Shown here: piece after piece, positions 55,107 through 62,239 of the stretch
How positions within the stretch are numbered: the first letter of the stretch is position 1
How the letters are laid out: the number at the start of each line of letters is the position of its first letter
Assembly: GCA_005799825.1 (NCBI GenBank)
Contig: SYFT01000024.1
Span: forward strand, 11,069-75,068
DNA: 64,000 nucleotides
Source: Acidobacteriota bacterium
Lineage (GTDB): Bacteria > Acidobacteriota > Vicinamibacteria > Vicinamibacterales > SCN-69-37
Direction: 5' to 3'
Notes under the pieces: generated by a model
Databases searched by the model: none
Told to the model about the DNA's origin: nothing
The model's input: the letters and a program-made list of their open reading frames with translations, nothing else
Program-made: the position numbers and the translations under genes

Positions 55107-55313
55107 ATGCCGAATGGCACGATTGCACGTTTGTTGATCGATAAGGGTTTTGGGTTCATTCGGGACGAAGCGGGCGTGGAGCACTTCTTCCACCGGTCCG
55201 CCATCCGTGGCGCGGTGTTTGAGCTGCTGCGCGAAGGCCAGCGGGTGGAATTCACCATCGAGGATTCACCCAAGGGACCGCGGGCGGGCGAAGTCCGTCT
55301 GCTCGACGAATAA
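55107..55313 (+). CDS. Cold-shock protein (CspA family)
   Basis: RNP motifs KGFGFI and VEHFFH. GGAGGA Shine-Dalgarno 6 nt upstream of the ATG. Confidence 0.9.
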   Translation: MPNGTIARLLIDKGFGFIRDEAGVEHFFHRSAIRGAVFELLREGQRVEFTIEDSPKGPRAGEVRLLDE

Positions 55314-55378
55314 CACCTGAGGCTCCGGGCCCAGGCTCAGAGCCGCATCGTCCCTTGGCCGTTGCCGGAAACCCCGGG

Positions 55379-55476
55379 GGAAGCTCCCGGGGCCCGGTGG
55401 CCCTCCCGGTCTTCAAAACCGGCCGCTCCCCGCCTCCGGCGGGAAGGGTGGGTTCGACTCCCACGAGCTTCCGCCA
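55379..55476 (+). tRNA. selC: Selenocysteine tRNA, tRNA-Sec (anticodon UCA)
   Basis: 98 nt: GGAAGCTC-CC-GGGGCC-CGGT-GGCCCT-C-CCGGT-CTTCAAA-ACCGG-(long variable arm CCGCTCCCCGCCTCCGGCGGGAAGG)-GTGGG-TTCGACT-CCCAC-GAGCTTCC-G-CCA. It has the 8-bp acceptor stem, 6-bp D stem with 4-nt loop, 5-bp T stem and long extra arm of bacterial tRNA-Sec. It parallels E. coli selC segment by segment. Confidence 0.9.
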
Positions 55477-55488
55477 ACTCCGCCTGCT

Positions 55489-56169
55489 CTAGCCGATCAG
55501 GGCCTCGACCGACAGGGCCTCGAGCGTGTGCACGGTGTGTGCGGGCTCGGTCGCGGCCAACACCTCATACGAAAAGATCCCGGTCGCTACGGCCACGGCC
55601 CTCGCGCCGTAGGCGTGCGCACAGTCCACATCGAGCGGAGTGTCTCCGATGACCACGATGTTGGCCGCCTCGAAGCGCGGATGCCCAGCAGCTACCGCGG
55701 CCTCCACTGCCACCGGCACGAGCGCCCGGCGCTCCGCGTGATGGTCGCCAAACGCTCCGAACGCAAATCGCCGCCACAAACCAAAATGTCCCAGCTTGAG
55801 GGCCGCGCCACGCGCAAAGTTCCCCGTCAGCAACCCCACCGCCACATCGTCGTGCGCGTCGAGTACGTCGAGCAGCGCCAGGACGCCCGGCAGGATGCCG
55901 CCCGGATGAGCCTGCGGGTCCGCGAGCGCTGCCTGCAAATCCTCGCAATAGGCGTCCCGTAACCGGAGGACTGCCGCGTCTTCCGCCGGTTGACCCGCGC
56001 GCGCCAGCGCCTCGGTGACGATGGCGCGGTCGGTGCGCCCGGCCACAGGCACGGCATCAAGTGCGCCTGCGACACCAAACAGCCGTTCGAACGATCGATT
56101 CATTCCGCGTACGCCGACACGCCCGGATGAAATGAGCGTGCCGTCAATATCAAACAAGACGAGCGTCAC
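55489..56169 (-). CDS. HAD-superfamily phosphatase (phosphoglycolate phosphatase-like)
   Basis: Motif I LVLFDIDGTL. C-terminal VVIGDTPLDV (motif IV). The GTG at 56169 overlaps the upstream stop (GTGA). Confidence 0.8.
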   Translation of the reverse strand: MTLVLFDIDGTLISSGRVGVRGMNRSFERLFGVAGALDAVPVAGRTDRAIVTEALARAGQPAEDAAVLRLRDAYCEDLQAALADPQAHPGGILPGVLALLDVLDAHDDVAVGLLTGNFARGAALKLGHFGLWRRFAFGAFGDHHAERRALVPVAVEAAVAAGHPRFEAANIVVIGDTPLDVDCAHAYGARAVAVATGIFSYEVLAATEPAHTVHTLEALSVEALIG

Positions 56170-56888
56170 CAGAACCTCCCCCACCGCCGAGTGGCGGGCA
56201 CTCGAATGTCGCCGGATGCGGCCACGAGCTGGCCCAGGCGGCCGCCGGCGGCCTCGACAAACGCCTCATCCTCAGTGAGCGCCAGCCATGCGATGTTCCG
56301 ACGTTTGGCGATCGCCGCCAGCAGCCGGCCAAAGGCCGTGGCCTCCTCGGACGCCAGCTTTGCCGTCGGATGCTCGAGCAGCAACATGCGCGGCTCCGTC
56401 GCGAGCGCCCGCGCCAGATGGACGCGAACGCGCGCGCCTTCCGCCAGTGTATTGGCGTGCGCTGACAAGGCGGAATCGAGCTCCACTTCCTGAGCCAGCG
56501 CCGCAACCGTCGCGCGTACCTCAATCGACACTGGGTCGATCGACAGTGTCAGCGGCAGTGCGAGGTTGGATTCGAGCGTGAGGCTGTCGAGCAACACGGC
56601 ACGGGCGGTGACCATGCCGAATACATCAAGCGATGTGAGCCATTGGGTGTCGGTGCTGATCTCGCGCGTATCACCCCCCGCGATGCGCACCGTTCCTTCA
56701 TCGGGCAGCGACGCGCCGGTCACCAGAAGCACAAGCATCTCGGCAGCTTGAGCGTCGAGGCCCCGCAACGTGACGCGTTCGCCTGGCGCCACCGACAGCG
56801 CGTTGATGCGCAGCGGCCGCAACCCTCCGTACTGTTTTCGGAGACCGGTAATTTCAACAAGAGGGACGACGTTCGCCAGTTGCGCCAT
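56166..56888 (-). CDS. ABC-ATPase-fold protein with degenerate catalytic motifs
   Basis: ABC-like scaffold VEITGLRKQYGGLRPLRINALSVAPGERVTL. Walker A position reads RGLDAQAAEM. Signature reads LAEGARVRVHLARAL. Walker B reads LLLEHPT. H-loop position reads LTED. Confidence 0.7.
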   Translation of the reverse strand: MAQLANVVPLVEITGLRKQYGGLRPLRINALSVAPGERVTLRGLDAQAAEMLVLLVTGASLPDEGTVRIAGGDTREISTDTQWLTSLDVFGMVTARAVLLDSLTLESNLALPLTLSIDPVSIEVRATVAALAQEVELDSALSAHANTLAEGARVRVHLARALATEPRMLLLEHPTAKLASEEATAFGRLLAAIAKRRNIAWLALTEDEAFVEAAGGRLGQLVAASGDIRVPATRRWGRFW

Positions 56889-57739
56889 CAGCAGGGAATG
56901 GTCCAGCCCGTGCGTTCGGCCAGCCGTGTAAAATCCGCCGCCGGCAGGTAGAACTGCCCGAGCCCCTGGGAACGGCCGCTCCCCACACCGTGATAATCGG
57001 ACCCTCCGGTTACCAACAGATTGAAGGTGTCAGCCATCTGCCGGTACCGCGCGGTCTCGGCCGCGTCGTGCTCGGGGTGATACACCTCGATCGCGGGCAA
57101 GCCGGCCGCGACTAGGTCCGGGATGAGATGGTCCTTCTGCGTCTTGCCTGGATGCGCAAGCGACGTTACGCCACCGGCACGCGCGACGAGGGCCACCACC
57201 GCTGCCGGTTGGGCCCCCTGGCGCTCGATGAACGCCGGGCGGCCTTCGGCCAGGTACCGATCAAACGCCTCTCTGATACTTGCCACGTGCCCGGCCGCGA
57301 CCAACGCCGCAGCGGCCATCGGTCGTCCCATCGCTCGCCCCGCGCTGCGTGCCGCTTCGGCCATCGCGCCCTGTAGATCGACCGGTACGCCCAGGCGCGC
57401 AAGCCGGTCACCAATCTCGCGCAGCCGGCGCGTGCGGTCTTCACGTTGGGTCGAGAGGAACGTCACGAGCTCAGGGTAGTTCCGGTCGAAGCAATAGCCC
57501 AGCATGTGGACGTCGCGCCCGTGATCCACCGCCGTGATCTCGATCCCGGGCATGCAGGCCACTCCGGCGACAGCCGCAGCCGCACTCACCTCATCCCAGC
57601 CGGCAGTGGTGTCGTGGTCCACCACGGCCATGGTGGTGATCCCCATGGCCACGACCTCGTCCACGAGCTGCGACGGCGTGGACCGCCCATCGGAGGCCGT
57701 CGTGTGCATATGCAGATCGATCACTCGCCCCGGCCTCAC
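56888..57739 (-). CDS. PHP-domain metal-dependent phosphoesterase (TrpH/YciV-like)
   Basis: IDLHMHTTASDG N-terminal PHP motif. Later VVDHD and GGSDYHG. Confidence 0.85.
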   Translation of the reverse strand: MRPGRVIDLHMHTTASDGRSTPSQLVDEVVAMGITTMAVVDHDTTAGWDEVSAAAAVAGVACMPGIEITAVDHGRDVHMLGYCFDRNYPELVTFLSTQREDRTRRLREIGDRLARLGVPVDLQGAMAEAARSAGRAMGRPMAAAALVAAGHVASIREAFDRYLAEGRPAFIERQGAQPAAVVALVARAGGVTSLAHPGKTQKDHLIPDLVAAGLPAIEVYHPEHDAAETARYRQMADTFNLLVTGGSDYHGVGSGRSQGLGQFYLPAADFTRLAERTGWTIPC

Positions 57740-58749
57740 CGCCGCTTCCTGGACGCGCGGCCGAATGGCCAGGAAGACGCGCGGGGCTTTGGCGCGGCTT
57801 TGCCGGCGGCCTTCTGCCGTTCCACCAGGCTGCGGTACTCGCGGATGAGCAAATCGAGATGTTCACGTTCCTCGTCAGCGAACTCCAGGAAGATACGCTT
57901 GCCTTCAGACTCTTCGAAGCGATCGCCGTATCGCTTGAAAAACTGGTGCGAGCCGCGTTCGCACTTGATCCCCACGAGCAACGCTTGCCGGTCGTCTGCA
58001 CCTTGGCGCAGTTCGGCCGTACCCGCCGCGAACAGGCCATGCGCCGCGCCTTTGAAAAACAGGAACGTGGGATGCGCCTCGAGCGTGGGGTCCTCGGCGA
58101 GCAACTCGCGGTACCGTGCTTCAAGTTTGCCCAGGTGTTCCTTCTCTTCGTTTGCCAGCCGGCGAAACACCCGTCGACCGCGCGCGTCGCCGGTCAATGC
58201 GGCTGCCCGCGTATAAAACTCTAGGCCACTCCGCTCGGTGGCGATGGCAATGCGCAGGGCGTCGCGCGCAAACAGCGCCTCGGTGGGGGCGGTCACGCGC
58301 TCGGGCTGCCGCCCACTCTGGCAATTCACGCAGGTTCCATAGATCTGCAGCACGCTCTGGCGCGCGGCGAAGTTGCGCGCCTCGGCCACTTCCTCCACCA
58401 ACGCTTCGATATCAGAACTGAGGAACTCGTAGGACTGACTGCAGGTTTTGCAGATGAGATGGAAATGCCGGGGATGGCGATACGAATGTTCGAACCGGTA
58501 GCGCCCCTCGCCAAAGTCCACTTTGCGCGCGATGCCGGCGTCCACCATCCACTGGAGCGTGCGGTAGATCGTGGCGCGGCTGATGCGGGCATCCTCGGCG
58601 CGAATCAGATCGACGAGTTCCTCGGCCGCCAGGTGGCCTTCCTGTCGCAAGAAGACCTGCACGATGAAGTCGCGTTTGCCCGAGCGCCGGCCACCAGCAG
58701 GCCGTCGCTGTTCGATGAACTCGGAGGCCGACTGCATACGCGCGGACAC
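57736..58749 (-). CDS. Fusion protein: Fur/PerR-family DNA-binding regulator plus C-terminal rubrerythrin/ferritin-like diiron domain
   Basis: Residues ~25-145 are Fur-like (ISRATIYRTLQWMVDAGI, HFHLICKTC, GTCVNC). Residues ~160-320 carry two E...EExxH diiron half-sites (ERSGLEFY...NEEKEH and ERGSHQFF...DEEREH). Confidence 0.8.
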   Translation of the reverse strand: MSARMQSASEFIEQRRPAGGRRSGKRDFIVQVFLRQEGHLAAEELVDLIRAEDARISRATIYRTLQWMVDAGIARKVDFGEGRYRFEHSYRHPRHFHLICKTCSQSYEFLSSDIEALVEEVAEARNFAARQSVLQIYGTCVNCQSGRQPERVTAPTEALFARDALRIAIATERSGLEFYTRAAALTGDARGRRVFRRLANEEKEHLGKLEARYRELLAEDPTLEAHPTFLFFKGAAHGLFAAGTAELRQGADDRQALLVGIKCERGSHQFFKRYGDRFEESEGKRIFLEFADEEREHLDLLIREYRSLVERQKAAGKAAPKPRASSWPFGRASRKRR

Positions 58750-58755
58750 CGCCGC

Positions 58756-59085
58756 TCAGGCACTGAATGACGAACCGCAGCCGCAGGTGGACTTGGCGTT
58801 CGGATTCTTGATGGTGAATCCGCCGCCCATGTTGTTGTCGACGAAATCCACTTCGGCGCCACTGAGGTACCGCAGGCTGATCGGATCGACGAGCAACTTC
58901 ACGCCGTTGACCTCGAACACCTGGTCGGCGTCCGCGTTGCCATCGCCCTCATCAATCATCAGGCCGTACTGGAACCCTGAACACCCGCCGCCCTGCACGA
59001 ACACGCGCAGGCCGGCCCCGAGCCGGCCTTCCTCGACCAGCAACTCTGCGATCTTGGTGGCCGCCGTTTCCGTGACGTTGATCAT
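58756..59085 (-). CDS. erpA: HesB/IscA/ErpA-family iron-sulfur cluster insertion protein
   Basis: GGGCSGFQY and C-terminal CGCGSSF cluster-ligand motifs. ATG at 59085 (MINVTETAA). Confidence 0.85.
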   Translation of the reverse strand: MINVTETAATKIAELLVEEGRLGAGLRVFVQGGGCSGFQYGLMIDEGDGNADADQVFEVNGVKLLVDPISLRYLSGAEVDFVDNNMGGGFTIKNPNAKSTCGCGSSFSA

Positions 59086-59116
59086 TTTTTCATTATACCG
59101 GGAAAGGGAGAGCTCA

Positions 59117-60640
59117 TCATTTGAGCAGTTTGAGCCGCCGCCCCGACTCTTCCTCCACCACCTGGTGCAGGCTGTTGCCATGTGCGTCCATCGTCACAAT
59201 GGCGGGGAATGCGTGGGTCTGAAGGTGCCACATCGCCTCGGGCGTGCCCAGCTCAAGCCACGACACATCGTCTACGCCGGTGATACAGCGGGCGTAGAAC
59301 TGCGCGGCGCCGCCAATCGCGTTGAGGTACACGGCGCCATGTTCCTTGAGCCCGACCAGTGTCTTGGCGCCCATCCCTCCCTTGCCCATCACGGCGCGAA
59401 GGCCGTAGCGGCCGATGATGTCGGCCTGATACGGCTCTTCGCGCATGCTCGTGGTCGGTCCCGCAGCGATCACCGTCCACGCGTCACCATCTTTCCTGAC
59501 CACCGGCCCGCAGTGATAGAGCACGCCTCCTCGCAAATCCACCGGCGGTACCTCTTTCATCAGGCGCGAATGCACCGCATCACGACCGGTGTAAACACGG
59601 CCTGAGACCAGCACCACGTCGCCTACGTGCAGGCTGCGAATCGTGGCCTCGTCAATGGGCGCCTGCAACACCACTTCGCGGCCGGTTCGTGGAAATCCGC
59701 CGGCCATCCCAGCCGGCAGCATCGGCGCACCTGAGACGGATGGATCGCGGTAGAGCCATCGGGTGATGTCGCCTGTAGATGCATCAACGTGTACACCGAG
59801 GCGCCGGAACGCCCAGCAGTCGTACGCCACTGACACGAAGAAACTCGCGGGCAGACGGTTGATTGCGCCGATCTTGCATCCAATGAGTGACACCGCGCCG
59901 CCGAAGCCCATCGTGCCCACGCCGATGCTGTTGACCGTGGCCATCACCTGTGCCTCGATGTCGGCCAGCCGCGCATCGGGATTCACGTCGTCGAGTGTCC
60001 TGAAGAGTTGATCCTTCGCATGTTGGTACCCGGCCGTGCGATCGCCGCCCACGCACACGCCGACCGCACCAGGGCTGCAGCCTTTGCCCTGGGCCTTCCA
60101 GATGGCATGCAGGATGCACTTGCGCACGCCTTCAAGCGACCGGTCGGCGCGGCCCAGATGATCGAGTTCAACCGGGAGCGCGTATTGCGCGTTGACGTTT
60201 TCGCACCCGCCGCCCTTCAGGAGCAGCCTGACTTCGATGTCATCGCGTTCCCACTGGTCGAAGTGGATCACGGGAGTGCCGGGCCCGAGATTGTTGCCGC
60301 TGTTCTCACCCGTGATCGAGTTCACGGAGTTCGACCGCAGTTTGCCGCGCCTGGTCGCCTCAGCGACCGCGTCACGAATCTGCGCACGCACCCACATCTG
60401 ATTGACGCCTACCGGGGTGTGCACCTCGAAGGTCGCCCATCCCGTGTCCTGGCAGATGGGACCCTCGCACGCGGCCGCCTGATCGATATTCTCGGCAATC
60501 ACCGCCAGCGCCTGGGCGCCGCGTGTGCCTTCAGGCTCCTGGCCCATCGCCTGACGCACGGCCTGACGCACATCGGGCGGCAGATCCGTGGCAGTCCGCG
60601 TGATCAACTCAACCATACTCTCAAAGAACTTCGACGCCAT
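59117..60640 (-). CDS. Class I (Fe-S dependent) fumarate hydratase / tartrate dehydratase-type hydro-lyase, fused alpha and beta domains
   Basis: 507 aa. N-terminal Fe-S hydro-lyase alpha-type region (CQDTG, GGGCEN) followed by the beta-type region ([18 protein letters not shown]). Confidence 0.8.
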   Translation of the reverse strand: MASKFFESMVELITRTATDLPPDVRQAVRQAMGQEPEGTRGAQALAVIAENIDQAAACEGPICQDTGWATFEVHTPVGVNQMWVRAQIRDAVAEATRRGKLRSNSVNSITGENSGNNLGPGTPVIHFDQWERDDIEVRLLLKGGGCENVNAQYALPVELDHLGRADRSLEGVRKCILHAIWKAQGKGCSPGAVGVCVGGDRTAGYQHAKDQLFRTLDDVNPDARLADIEAQVMATVNSIGVGTMGFGGAVSLIGCKIGAINRLPASFFVSVAYDCWAFRRLGVHVDASTGDITRWLYRDPSVSGAPMLPAGMAGGFPRTGREVVLQAPIDEATIRSLHVGDVVLVSGRVYTGRDAVHSRLMKEVPPVDLRGGVLYHCGPVVRKDGDAWTVIAAGPTTSMREEPYQADIIGRYGLRAVMGKGGMGAKTLVGLKEHGAVYLNAIGGAAQFYARCITGVDDVSWLELGTPEAMWHLQTHAFPAIVTMDAHGNSLHQVVEEESGRRLKLLK

Positions 60641-60684
60641 GACCTGAGTATAAACCTGCCTCTGGAGCGGTATAGGATTGACGC

Positions 60685-61353
60685 ATGCTGGCCGGCGTTC
60701 GCGGTGGACTGATGATGGTTGTTGTGGCCGGCGCGCTGTGTGCGTGGGCCTCCGCCACGTCTGCCCAGCAGCAGCGAGCCCCCCACGGGCGCCTCTTTCC
60801 GCCTGAGAAACTGGGTGAACTTGAAGGCCCCGATCGCGATGAGTGGCAGGAACCCGATCGCATCATGGATGAACTGGGCATCGCTGACGGCGCCCGAGTA
60901 GCGGATGTGGGCGCCGGCGGTGGCTGGTTCACCGTGCGACTGGCCCGCAGGGTGGGCCCCAATGGACGTGTGTTCGCGGAAGACATCCAACGCCAGATGA
61001 TTGACTCCATCACCCGGCGCGTTGAGCGCGAGGGCCTCCGTAATGTCGAAACGGTTCAGGGCACGGCGGTTGACCCACGGTTGCCCAATAACTTGGATGC
61101 GGCGCTAATCGTTGACACGTATCCCCAGATTGAGACCCCCGTCTCGATGCTGAAGCATCTGGCCACGGCACTGGCGCCAAACGGGCGGCTCGGGATCGTG
61201 GACTTCCGCAAGGATGTGTACGGCCCAGGTCCCGACATGGACGAGCGTCTGGAGCCCGAGGTCATCATTCGCGACGCCAAGTTGGCCGGCCTGCGCCTGC
61301 ACGCGCACCATACGTTCCTGCGCTACCAGTACCTGCTGGTCTTCACACGCTGA
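60685..61353 (+). CDS. Class I SAM-dependent methyltransferase-fold protein with N-terminal signal peptide
   Basis: Signal-like MLAGVRGGLMMVVVAGALCAWASATSAQQ, then motif I VADVGAGGGWFTVRLA. Confidence 0.8.
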   Translation: MLAGVRGGLMMVVVAGALCAWASATSAQQQRAPHGRLFPPEKLGELEGPDRDEWQEPDRIMDELGIADGARVADVGAGGGWFTVRLARRVGPNGRVFAEDIQRQMIDSITRRVEREGLRNVETVQGTAVDPRLPNNLDAALIVDTYPQIETPVSMLKHLATALAPNGRLGIVDFRKDVYGPGPDMDERLEPEVIIRDAKLAGLRLHAHHTFLRYQYLLVFTR

Positions 61354-61360
61354 CGTGCCG

Positions 61361-62239
61361 ATGCGCTCGCTGCCAGCATTCTTCACGGAATCACAGGACA
61401 CCATCGCGCGAGCCCTCGATCTCATGGTGCCGGCGCCAGAAACGCAGGGGGCGTCTGCCTCCCAGGTCATCGACGCCATGCGCTACACGCTGCTTGCGCC
61501 CTCCAAGCGCGTGCGCGCCGTGGTCGTGCTGCTGGCGGCGGATCTGTGCGGTCATCCTTCGCGGGCGCTCCCGGTGGCCTGCGCGATCGAGGCCATTCAC
61601 GCGTCGTCTCTCATTCTCGATGATTTGCCGTGTATGGATGACGCGCCGCTGCGTCGTGGCCGTCCCACAGTGCATACCGTGTACGGCGAGGCCATCGCGC
61701 TACTTGCCGCCTTCGGTCTGTTGAACGAGGCCTATCGGCACCTGGCTCGCAGTTATGACGCGCCGCTGGCGGCGCGCCTGACATCACTCTGCGCCGACGC
61801 CGTCGGCCTGGATGGGCTCGTGGCGGGACAAGCCGAGGACGTATTGGCCACAGACGCCACCCTGAACTTCGAGACACTTGAACGCATTCACCGACGCAAG
61901 ACCGGCGTGCTCTTCAGCGCGGCCGCCACCGCGGGCGCTCTGACCGCAGGAGGTTCAGCCGCAGATGTCGCGGCGCTGACCGCGTACGCCAAGAACCTCG
62001 GCCTCGCGTTTCAGGTGGTGGACGACTTGCTCGACGTCATCGGCACGCCTGAGGAAACCGGTAAGGCTGCGCGGCACGATGCGCGCAAGACCACGTTCGT
62101 CTCCTTCAGTGGCGTCGATGGCGCACGTGAACTGGCGCATGAGCTATGCCGGACCGCCACCCTGGCTCTGGCGCCGTTTGGCCAGCGCGCAGCACGGCTC
62201 GGTGAGTTGGCCGACTTCGTCGCTGCGCGGAGACTTTAG
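61361..62239 (+). CDS. Polyprenyl (geranylgeranyl/farnesyl) diphosphate synthase
   Basis: First Asp-rich motif LILDDLPCMDD and second FQVVDDLLD. Confidence 0.85.
   Translation: MRSLPAFFTESQDTIARALDLMVPAPETQGASASQVIDAMRYTLLAPSKRVRAVVVLLAADLCGHPSRALPVACAIEAIHASSLILDDLPCMDDAPLRRGRPTVHTVYGEAIALLAAFGLLNEAYRHLARSYDAPLAARLTSLCADAVGLDGLVAGQAEDVLATDATLNFETLERIHRRKTGVLFSAAATAGALTAGGSAADVAALTAYAKNLGLAFQVVDDLLDVIGTPEETGKAARHDARKTTFVSFSGVDGARELAHELCRTATLALAPFGQRAARLGELADFVAARRL

Noticed and set aside
54870-55476. tRNA-Ala or selC as attachment sites of a genomic island.
   Set aside because: No integrase, direct repeat of the tRNA 3' end, or foreign-looking gene block is visible on either side. Flanking genes are ordinary metabolic genes of similar composition.
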